Positions 27,728 through 35,650 of a stretch of DNA of 64,000 bases are shown piece by piece. Origin of the DNA: a virus. The DNA lies in IMG/VR virus record IMGVR_UViG_3300035182_001904, one strand, 5' to 3'. Numbering within the stretch: position 1 is the stretch's first letter; every line of letters starts with the position of its first letter. The notes beneath the pieces were generated by a model, which worked only from the letters and a program-made list of their open reading frames with translations, was not told the DNA's origin and made no database searches. Made by a program: the position numbers and the translations under genes.

Positions 27728-30700
27728 ATGCTGCCAAATCTACGACCGATACTCGAGGACGCGGCAACGCGGCGCGAGATGATCCGCAAGAAGGTCGTCG
27801 AAGGCCTCGAGCAGTCGTTCCCGCTCAAGGCCGGCAAGCACACGGTCGAGGTATCGAACGTGCGCGTCGACCCGCAGGACTACTCGTCCCGGGACCAGAA
27901 GCGTGCCGTGCTCGAAGGCAAGACCTTGTCGGAACGTGTGCGCGGTGACGTCACCGTCAAGGACGCGGCGGGCGGCGTAGTCAACCACGCCAAGGACTTC
28001 ACGCTGCTGCAACTGCCGTACTTCACGCCACGGCACACCTTCATCCTCGATGGCACGGAGTACTCCGTCTCGAACCAGCTGAGGACGAAGCCAGGCGCGT
28101 ACGTACGTCGCCGTGGCAACGACGAGCTGGAGGCGACGTTCAACCTGTCGAAGGGCGCGAACTTCCGCGTGTCGATGGAGCCCGAGAAGGGTCTCCTCTA
28201 CATGCAGCCATCGCACACGACCACGAAGATCCCGCTGCATCCAATCCTCCGCGCGCTTGGGATGCCTCACCAGGACATCGCGGCGAGCTGGGGCCCTGAG
28301 ATCGCGGGCATGAATCGCGACGCTTGGAAGAACCCGGACAAGCACGTCAGCAAGCTCTACGAGACGCTCGTGCATCCGGCCAAGCAGACCGCGACCACGA
28401 CGGAAGAGAAATCCCGCGTGCTGCGCGAGTACTTCGACCAGACCTCGATGGACCCCGAGGTCACGACCCACACGCTCGGCTACCCGTACGACAAGGCGTC
28501 GGCGTCTGCAATCCTGGCGGCGTCCAAGAAGCTGCTCGACGTACACAAGGCAGCCGCCGACGTTGACGATCGGGACTCGCTGGCGTTCAAGACGTTCCAC
28601 TCGGCGGACGACTTCATCAAGGAACGCGTGCAGCTCGAGGCTCGGGCGATGCGTGCGAAGCTTGGCTGGAAGCTCGACGCGAGCCACGGGGACCTGAAGA
28701 AGGCGTTGCCGGCAGGCCCGTTCACGCGATCGATGCACGGGCTCCTGGTGGGGTCATCGCTCTCGGCAGTCCCGATGCAGATCAACCCGATGGAGTTGCT
28801 CGACGAAGCGTCACGCGTCACGATGCTCGGCGAGGGTGCGATCGCGTCCGAGCGCGCCATCCCGCTCGAGGCTCGCGACGTCCATCCGACGCACTTCGGA
28901 ATCCTTGACCCTGCAAGGACCCCAGAGTGCTACGACGCCATGACCGAGGTCTTCACGTCACGCGGGTGGAAGCGGTGGCCGGATGTCACTGCGAACGACT
29001 GGCTCGCATGTCGTGTCGATGAACGTCTCGAATTCCACCGCGCGACCAACCTCACGGCACAGCCGTATGAGGGCCTCATGTATGGCCTAGAGACGGGCAA
29101 AATCAATTACCTGGTAACGCCCAACCACCGCGTCTTGTGTAAGCCGCTCGAAACGCGCGGACTCCAACACTGGCGCATCAACCGAGCGGACGAGGTACAC
29201 GGCAAACCGCGTACATTCGACACGGGACACCTGCCGTACGTTGGGGAGAGTGTTGATACGTTTCAGCTCCCCCGGGCCGCCGGCGGCAACGCGGTAAAGA
29301 ATGTTGGCCCGATTGCCATGACGGACTGGGCGTCCTTTATGGGATGGTATCTGTCCGAAGGGTGTTTCAACTTCACCGAAAAAACATTCACGTATCACGT
29401 CCTGATCTCACAGGACGTGAAAAAGAATCCACAAAACTGCGAGATTATCGAAGCACTGCTCCGGCGTATGCCGTTTGCATGGTCACAACGCGGGGGTGAC
29501 ACGTATGTCATCGGCGTTAAGCAGCTAGCGGCATATGTGCAGCAGTTCGGGCACGCGGGGGATAAATACATCCCGGAATACTTTTTTCAGGCGTCGTACG
29601 AAGTACGAGAGAATCTATTCGAAGCTCTCCTGTTGGGAGACGGTCGAAGGTGTAAGGTTCCGTTGCCAGGTGCAACACACGACCGAAATGTACTCTGTAC
29701 TACCAGCGCACGCTTGGCCGTCGATTTTGACCGCCTCGCGATTTCCCTGGGACGCCCAACACGCACCGCGCGCTACGTCGACAAGCGTGAAGAGCGGTAT
29801 CTGGACACGTACGAAGTACGTCCGTTGAAACAACGTTTTCGACAATCGCGGACACGTGAGGAGCAGCGGGGCTACTACACCGAGCACTATCGCGGCAACG
29901 TGTACTGCGCTGAAGTCCCCGGGGGACTGTTGTACGTGCGGCGGAACGGCAGCGTCCCGATTTGGTCGGGCAACTCGTTCAAGGTCGGCGTCGACCTTCG
30001 TGCCACGATCGGTGCGCGGCGCGACGACAAGGGCAACCTCTACGCGCCGGTCTACGACGTCGCTGCGAAGAAGTCGACGTACCTCAAGGCCGGTGACATG
30101 GCGAAGTCGATCATCGCGTTCCCTGGTGAACACCTGGGACCGGGGAAGATCGTCGATGCGATGGCGCATGGCGTCGTATCGCGCGTGTCGTCGGATCGCG
30201 TGACCCACCAACTGGAGCATGTCGCAGACCAGTATGGGCCCACGTCGAACCTCCTGCCGCTGCTCTACGGCATCCAGGCGAACCGCGTGCTCATGGCGAG
30301 CAAGCACCAGGGCCAAGCACTGCCGTTGACGCATCGTGAGGCGCCGCTCGTCCAGGTTGCATCGTGGAAGCCAGGGACGTCGGTCGAACGGGAGATGGTC
30401 AAGCTGATCGTCCCGACCGCACGACAGGCCGGCACGATCACGAAGATCGATGACGACTGGATCCACATCGAGCCGGACGCGAAGACGGCCGCGCTCACGA
30501 CGAAGCTCCACTACGACACCAACCTTCCGCTCGCCGCCAAGACGATGCTGCACAACACGCTGACCGTGAAGGTCGGCGACCGTGTCGAGAAGGACCAGCT
30601 CCTCGCTGACTCGAACTTCACCAAGGACGGCACGCTCGCGTTGGGCACGAACCTGCGGGTGGCATACATGCCGTACCGCGGCCTCAACACCAACGACGGC

Positions 30701-33136
30701 ATCGTCGTCTCGCAGGGCGCAGCGGACAAGCTGACGAGCGAACACATGTACCAGCACGCGCTTTCGCGTGAAGGGGACGTGCAGCTCGGACGTGAGAAGC
30801 ACCGGACCTACTTCGGCAGCCGCTACACCAAGGACCAGTACGACAAGCTCGACGAAGACGGCGTTGTCAAGCCGGGGGTCACTCTTCACAAGGGCGACCT
30901 GATCGCTGCGGGCATCCGCGAGAACAAGGTGACGGGTGACGCACTCCTGCTGGGTAAGCTGTCCAAGTCGCTGGTCAAGCCCTACGAAGAAGTGGTCGAG
31001 ACTTGGACGCACGATCGACCCGGCATTGTCGTAGACGTGGCGAAGACCGCCCGACAGGCAGCTGCGTCGATCCGCACCCAGGAGACACTGCAGATCGGCG
31101 ACAAGCTGTGCAACCGCTTTGGCAACAAAGGCGTGATCGCGAAGATCATCCCTGACCACCAGATGATCCAGGATGCGCAGGGGCGCCCTGTCGATCTTCT
31201 CTTCACGTCGGCGGGTATCGTCTCGCGCATCAACCCAGCGCAGGTCATCGAGACGGTGCTTGGAAAGGTTGCCGAAAAGACGGGTAAGCCGATCGTCATC
31301 CCGCAATACATGCCAGGCCGTGACAACGTCGCCTTCGCAAAGAAGTTGCTCGAGGAACACGGTCTCTCGGACAAAGAGACGGTCCTTGACCCTATCACGG
31401 GCAAGAAGGTTCCCGACGTGTTGGTCGGCAAGAGCTACATCCTGAAGCTCTTCAAGACCACAGATTCCAACTGGGCAGCGCACGGCGCCGAGAAGTACGA
31501 CTACAACCAACAACCGGCGCGTGGTGGTGACGAAGGTGCCAAGGGCATCGGCAAGATGGAATTCGATGGACTCGTCGCGCACAACGCACGCAACGTGCTG
31601 CGTGAAGCGGCGTCCATCAAGAGCCAGCGCAACGACGAGTTCTGGCGCGCGATCCAACTCGGGCTGCCGACGCCTTCGCCCAAGACGCCATTCGCCTACG
31701 ACAAGCTGCAGAGCATGCTCACGGGCGCCGGCGTCAAGGTGACGAAGACCGGCTCACGCTTGGCGCTTGGTCCGCTCACCGACGCGGACGTCAAGTCGAT
31801 GTCCTCAGGAGCGCTCAAGGACCCGAGCAAGTTGATCCGCGCGAAGGACCTACGCCCCGAGACCGATGGCCTCTTCGACCCAGGGATCACCGGCGGCATG
31901 TCGGGCACGAAGTGGTCGCACGTCGACCTGCACGAGCCGATCGTCAACCCCGTGTTTGAGGAACCCGTGCGACGCCTTCTCGGACTGACACAGAAGGAGT
32001 TCACGGAGCGTGTGGGCAAGGGCGGGAGCTGGTTCAAGACGGCGCTCGGCGAGATCAACATCGATGACAAGTTGAAGGATCTGCTGGCGCAATCGAAGAA
32101 GGCGCGTGGACCCGCACTCGACGGCGTGGTGAAGCAGATCAAGTACCTCGAGGCGTTAAAGGACCGCGACCTCAAGCCTGCGGACGCCTACGTCATCTCG
32201 AAGGTGCCGGTGACGCCGCCGGTGATTCGTCCGATCCTGCCGCTCAAGGACGGGCGTCTGCAGGTCAGCGACGCGAACCTGCTCTACAAGGACGCGTTCC
32301 TCGCGAACGATCAGCTCAAGTCATCCGCCAAGTCGTTGCCGTCATCCGAGTTGCCCGGTCCACGGCAACACCTGTACGACGCGGTGAGCGCGCTCTACGG
32401 CGTCGGCGACCCTGTGAGCCCTGGCGCCGAGAAGCGCGGTGCGAAGGGGTACCTCGCGGCCATCACGGGCACGCGACCAGGCAGCGGCTTCTTCCAGTCG
32501 CGCCTCATGAAGCGGCAGCAAGACGTGAGCGGTCGCGCGACCATCGCACCTGACCCAACATTGTCGATGGACGAGATCGGCGTGCCCGAAGGGATGCTCT
32601 GGGGCATGTACAGTAAGTTCGTGATCGGACGCTTGGTCCGACGCGGCTATACAGCGACCGATGCGCAGAAGATGGTGGATGACCGCACGCCCGTCGCGCG
32701 GGAAGAGCTGGTCAACGAATCACGTGAACGTCCGGTCATGGTGAATCGTGCACCGTCACTTCACCGCTTCAACATCGTGGGTGCATACCCCAAGATTGTT
32801 GAGGGCAAGACGCTCAAGCTCAATCCGTTCGCCGAGAAGGGCATGAATGCGGACTACGACGGCGACGCCCTTCAAATCCATGCCCCGGTGACACCGGGCG
32901 GTGTCGAGGACGTCAAGAAGATGACGCTCTCGCACATGATCTTCGCCGACAAGCGCCCAGGCGTTCTGAACATCGCGCCCGACATGGAGGCTGTGCTGGG
33001 CTTGCACCGTGCGACGCAGGCGGCCAGCGGCAAGAAGACGCGGCACTACGACTCCCAGGAGGAGGCGATGGCGGCCTACCACCGGGGCGACATCGCGCTC
33101 AACGATCCCATCGAAATCAGGGCCAAGCGCCTATAA
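27728..33136 (+). CDS. rpoB: Multisubunit-type RNA polymerase: beta fused to the N-terminal half of beta', containing an intein
   Basis: beta motifs HPTHFG..TPE, NRVLMASKHQGQA, GDKLCNRFGNKG and PVDLL..SRIN. beta' motifs PETDGLF, RPILPL, KRQQDVSGRATI, NRAPSLHR and NADYDGD (32846-32866). Confidence 0.93.
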   Translation: MLPNLRPILEDAATRREMIRKKVVEGLEQSFPLKAGKHTVEVSNVRVDPQDYSSRDQKRAVLEGKTLSERVRGDVTVKDAAGGVVNHAKDFTLLQLPYFTPRHTFILDGTEYSVSNQLRTKPGAYVRRRGNDELEATFNLSKGANFRVSMEPEKGLLYMQPSHTTTKIPLHPILRALGMPHQDIAASWGPEIAGMNRDAWKNPDKHVSKLYETLVHPAKQTATTTEEKSRVLREYFDQTSMDPEVTTHTLGYPYDKASASAILAASKKLLDVHKAAADVDDRDSLAFKTFHSADDFIKERVQLEARAMRAKLGWKLDASHGDLKKALPAGPFTRSMHGLLVGSSLSAVPMQINPMELLDEASRVTMLGEGAIASERAIPLEARDVHPTHFGILDPARTPECYDAMTEVFTSRGWKRWPDVTANDWLACRVDERLEFHRATNLTAQPYEGLMYGLETGKINYLVTPNHRVLCKPLETRGLQHWRINRADEVHGKPRTFDTGHLPYVGESVDTFQLPRAAGGNAVKNVGPIAMTDWASFMGWYLSEGCFNFTEKTFTYHVLISQDVKKNPQNCEIIEALLRRMPFAWSQRGGDTYVIGVKQLAAYVQQFGHAGDKYIPEYFFQASYEVRENLFEALLLGDGRRCKVPLPGATHDRNVLCTTSARLAVDFDRLAISLGRPTRTARYVDKREERYLDTYEVRPLKQRFRQSRTREEQRGYYTEHYRGNVYCAEVPGGLLYVRRNGSVPIWSGNSFKVGVDLRATIGARRDDKGNLYAPVYDVAAKKSTYLKAGDMAKSIIAFPGEHLGPGKIVDAMAHGVVSRVSSDRVTHQLEHVADQYGPTSNLLPLLYGIQANRVLMASKHQGQALPLTHREAPLVQVASWKPGTSVEREMVKLIVPTARQAGTITKIDDDWIHIEPDAKTAALTTKLHYDTNLPLAAKTMLHNTLTVKVGDRVEKDQLLADSNFTKDGTLALGTNLRVAYMPYRGLNTNDGIVVSQGAADKLTSEHMYQHALSREGDVQLGREKHRTYFGSRYTKDQYDKLDEDGVVKPGVTLHKGDLIAAGIRENKVTGDALLLGKLSKSLVKPYEEVVETWTHDRPGIVVDVAKTARQAAASIRTQETLQIGDKLCNRFGNKGVIAKIIPDHQMIQDAQGRPVDLLFTSAGIVSRINPAQVIETVLGKVAEKTGKPIVIPQYMPGRDNVAFAKKLLEEHGLSDKETVLDPITGKKVPDVLVGKSYILKLFKTTDSNWAAHGAEKYDYNQQPARGGDEGAKGIGKMEFDGLVAHNARNVLREAASIKSQRNDEFWRAIQLGLPTPSPKTPFAYDKLQSMLTGAGVKVTKTGSRLALGPLTDADVKSMSSGALKDPSKLIRAKDLRPETDGLFDPGITGGMSGTKWSHVDLHEPIVNPVFEEPVRRLLGLTQKEFTERVGKGGSWFKTALGEINIDDKLKDLLAQSKKARGPALDGVVKQIKYLEALKDRDLKPADAYVISKVPVTPPVIRPILPLKDGRLQVSDANLLYKDAFLANDQLKSSAKSLPSSELPGPRQHLYDAVSALYGVGDPVSPGAEKRGAKGYLAAITGTRPGSGFFQSRLMKRQQDVSGRATIAPDPTLSMDEIGVPEGMLWGMYSKFVIGRLVRRGYTATDAQKMVDDRTPVAREELVNESRERPVMVNRAPSLHRFNIVGAYPKIVEGKTLKLNPFAEKGMNADYDGDALQIHAPVTPGGVEDVKKMTLSHMIFADKRPGVLNIAPDMEAVLGLHRATQAASGKKTRHYDSQEEAMAAYHRGDIALNDPIEIRAKRL
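28928..29974 (+). mobile_element. Intein with LAGLIDADG homing endonuclease in RNAP beta (349 aa)
   Basis: TPE|CYDAMTEV ... LLYVRRNG..WSGN|S. LAGLIDADG blocks FMGWYLSEG and LLLGDG. Lower GC than the flanks. Confidence 0.92.
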
Positions 33137-33137
33137 T
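33130..33137 (+). promoter_or_regulatory. CCTATAAT -10-like element overlapping the RNAP stop codon
   Basis: TATAAT at 33132-33137, GTG at 33143 (5-nt gap, no SD). Confidence 0.6.
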
Positions 33138-33142
33138 AAAGC

Positions 33143-33691
33143 GTGCCCTTCGAGTCCCCGGCCGCCGCAGCCCACTACCTTGCCGCGATGATCGACGGTG
33201 AAGGAACGGTTGCGGTGCTCACCTCTCGATCGCGCAATCGCGTGGTCAAGGTTTGCAACACCGACTGGGACATCATCACGGCTACCGTCGAAAGCTGCGA
33301 GACTCTCGGCATTCGATGTTGCGTTGTCGAACGGCCACGTACAGGCCGTCCAAAACACTGGAAACAAGTTTGGGACGTCGCCATCCAAGATCGCGAAGCC
33401 CTCATGCGACTATTGACGCAAGTTCCGCTGCGGTCTCTTCGAAAACAGCAGCGACTCAAAACTTTGATTCAATCCTACCGAACGTCCAAACGGCCTCCGT
33501 TCGAGGATCTCCAACGAATGTACGTCGACGAAAAAATGTCGTACACGGACATCATGCGAACGACAGGCGCTCGATCAACGGCAACGGTAGCGTACTGGCC
33601 CCGGACGTCAGGGATCGTCGCGCGCACCCGTTCAGTTGCGGGCCACTTGACGTGGCAGACGAAGCGAGGAGTTCTCCATGCCGTTCCGTAG
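33143..33691 (+). CDS. Free-standing LAGLIDADG homing endonuclease with C-terminal HTH-like region
   Basis: YLAAMIDGEG motif at the N-terminus. Lower GC. Confidence 0.8.
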   Translation: MPFESPAAAAHYLAAMIDGEGTVAVLTSRSRNRVVKVCNTDWDIITATVESCETLGIRCCVVERPRTGRPKHWKQVWDVAIQDREALMRLLTQVPLRSLRKQQRLKTLIQSYRTSKRPPFEDLQRMYVDEKMSYTDIMRTTGARSTATVAYWPRTSGIVARTRSVAGHLTWQTKRGVLHAVP

Positions 33692-34139
33692 CGAGGCTCA
33701 ACGTCGCTACCTGTTCTCGCAACACCCGGATGTCGCCCGCGAGTTTGCGAACGCGACGCCCAAGGGCAAGAAGCTGCCCGAGCATGTCAAGAAGTCGCAC
33801 GTGCGCGGCATCGCAGACGCGCTCGAGCAGTTCGGTTTCAAGCAAGCAGCAGAGGAGCTGCGCTTGAAGATCCCAAGCCGCACGTTCCACGGCTACGATG
33901 CAGCTCACAAGACGGAAGCGAACCGCGGCTCGAAGAAGGCGGATGTGGACGGCACCGCAGACAACCTCGCCGACGTGCTCAAGCAGATCGACGTGAACGT
34001 GTCGCCTGATGTACAGCTTGCAGCCCGCGATCCACTCGACCGTACTACTGCGTGGGGATCTCCCTCGAACCTTGCGGGCGGCGACTCGGCGAGCCGGCTC
34101 AGTGACATGGGACAGAACACTGCTTTTGGAGGCGTCTGA
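33678..34139 (+). CDS. Hypothetical virion-module protein (MPFRSEAQRR N-terminal domain + shared motif)
   Basis: GAGGAG RBS. Contains HVRGIADALEQFGFKQAA. Confidence 0.75.
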   Translation: MPFRSEAQRRYLFSQHPDVAREFANATPKGKKLPEHVKKSHVRGIADALEQFGFKQAAEELRLKIPSRTFHGYDAAHKTEANRGSKKADVDGTADNLADVLKQIDVNVSPDVQLAARDPLDRTTAWGSPSNLAGGDSASRLSDMGQNTAFGGV

Positions 34140-34864
34140 TGTCACTCATGCCCCGTGAAGAGACGAGAACCTCTGAAAACTCGATCGGCCACATCATCGA
34201 TCGAGCCACAGGTAAAGCCCCCAAACCTACAGCGGGTTCCCTCATCGACTCTTTGTTGAGCGGGGGAAAAATGGCGATGCCGATGCAAGGGCAACTGACG
34301 CCAGACCAGTTAGCAGTGAACGAAGAACTGAAGGGGCTCGGGGGACGCCCCAACATGCACGGAGGGATGGACATGCCTGAGTCTTTCCACGGAGACCTCA
34401 TGTCGACATTCGAACGCCACAACATGCACCGTGCCCCCCTCGGGAATCCCAAGATGGCCGGGGTTTATCGTGTGGGTGTTGCCGACGCACTCGTGCGTTT
34501 CAAGATCGCAGCCCCTGCTCCCCTGCCTGCCCCTGCTGCGGGTCCTAGCTTCGCGTCCAAGGTCAAGGACTTCGGAGCCGGTCAGTGGGGCGCCGCGAAA
34601 GACTTCGCCGCGAATGTACGCGGTGGCATGGGTGGAAAGGCGAACCCGAACTTCATCACAGGCGCCGTACCCGAGCACAGCATGGACATGGCGCGTGCAT
34701 CACAACGCGGTGCTGCAGTCGGCAACCTCAAGACCCTTGCACCGACGCTGCTCGCGGGCGGAGGTCTCTACATGTTGCACCAGCACAACCAGGCCGAGAA
34801 AGAGGAAGAGGCCCGGCAGCACGCGATGATGGGCGGCGGCATGTCGATGGGTGGAGGATACTGA
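34139..34864 (+). CDS. Gly/Met-rich hypothetical protein with shared motif
   Basis: Contains YRVGVADALVRFKIAA. TGATG-coupled. Confidence 0.7.
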   Translation: MSLMPREETRTSENSIGHIIDRATGKAPKPTAGSLIDSLLSGGKMAMPMQGQLTPDQLAVNEELKGLGGRPNMHGGMDMPESFHGDLMSTFERHNMHRAPLGNPKMAGVYRVGVADALVRFKIAAPAPLPAPAAGPSFASKVKDFGAGQWGAAKDFAANVRGGMGGKANPNFITGAVPEHSMDMARASQRGAAVGNLKTLAPTLLAGGGLYMLHQHNQAEKEEEARQHAMMGGGMSMGGGY

Positions 34865-34871
34865 CGTGCCG

Positions 34872-35645
34872 ATGAACCCTCTACTAGCGCGCAGCCTCAT
34901 GGGCGCGGCGATCGGCACAGCCGGCGGAGCCTTGACCGCTGAAAAAGGTCATCGTGAAGAAGGTGCGCTGCAAGGCGCAGCGATCGGAGGCGCCGGCGGT
35001 GCCCTTTACCACCTTGGTAAGCAGGCACCCACCGCAGGACCGCGTCCTCCGGGGCCAAGTGCTCCTGGTCCAAGCGCAGGTCCGCGTCCAGCAGGTCCAA
35101 GTGCTCCTGGTCCAAGCGCAGGTCCGCGTCCAGCAGGTCCGTCCTGGGAAGACAGAATGCGACAACAGTGGCGGGCGCAAGATGAGGCCCGTGCGTCCGC
35201 ATCACGGCAGGCACGACAGAGCGCCAAAGAAGAGGCGTACAAACACACGCAACAAAGCCAGTCCGCACAAGACGGTTTCAAATACCGTCAACAAGCGGAG
35301 GACAAGCACTGGGGTGCGCAGAACGAAGATGTTTTCAACAACTGGCGTAAGGCGCGACAGGGCGCTGGTGCGGGTCCAAGTGCTGTTATAGGACAATCAG
35401 CTCCACGCGGAGCGCCAAGTGGCGGACTTCCGTCGTGGATGAGCGGAGCGCAAACACAGGCGGAGGCGAAGAGTCGCTTCAGAGAACAAGCAATGAATAT
35501 GCATCCAGACCGTGGCGGAAACACGGCCGACATGCAGTCATTGAATGCACAGTGGGCCGCTGCACGGAAACACCCTGACTTCTCGAGCATGAAAGAAGCG
35601 TGGTGGATGGGCAAAGCGGCTGCGTTACAACATTTCGGTCTCTAA
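34872..35645 (+). CDS. Glycine-zipper / Pro-rich / J-domain-like protein
   Basis: N-terminal GAAIG hairpin and GPSAPGPSAGPRPA repeats. AKSRFREQAMNMHPDRGG..MQSLNAQW is a compact J-domain with HPD. C-terminus is WWMGKAAALQHFGL. Confidence 0.7.
   Translation: MNPLLARSLMGAAIGTAGGALTAEKGHREEGALQGAAIGGAGGALYHLGKQAPTAGPRPPGPSAPGPSAGPRPAGPSAPGPSAGPRPAGPSWEDRMRQQWRAQDEARASASRQARQSAKEEAYKHTQQSQSAQDGFKYRQQAEDKHWGAQNEDVFNNWRKARQGAGAGPSAVIGQSAPRGAPSGGLPSWMSGAQTQAEAKSRFREQAMNMHPDRGGNTADMQSLNAQWAAARKHPDFSSMKEAWWMGKAAALQHFGL
35055..35140. repeat. Perfect 42-bp tandem duplication (in frame)
   Basis: ccaagtgctcctggtccaagcgcaggtccgcgtccagcaggt at 35055 and 35097. Confidence 0.95.
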
Positions 35646-35650
35646 CCAAC

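Noticed and set aside
33143-35650. Group I intron interrupting beta' (LAGLIDADG ORF between the two RNAP genes)
   Set aside because: The interval is filled by four coupled ORFs with their own promoter and RBS, both RNAP ORFs have clean stop/start codons at a domain boundary, and no P7/catalytic core was recognisable.
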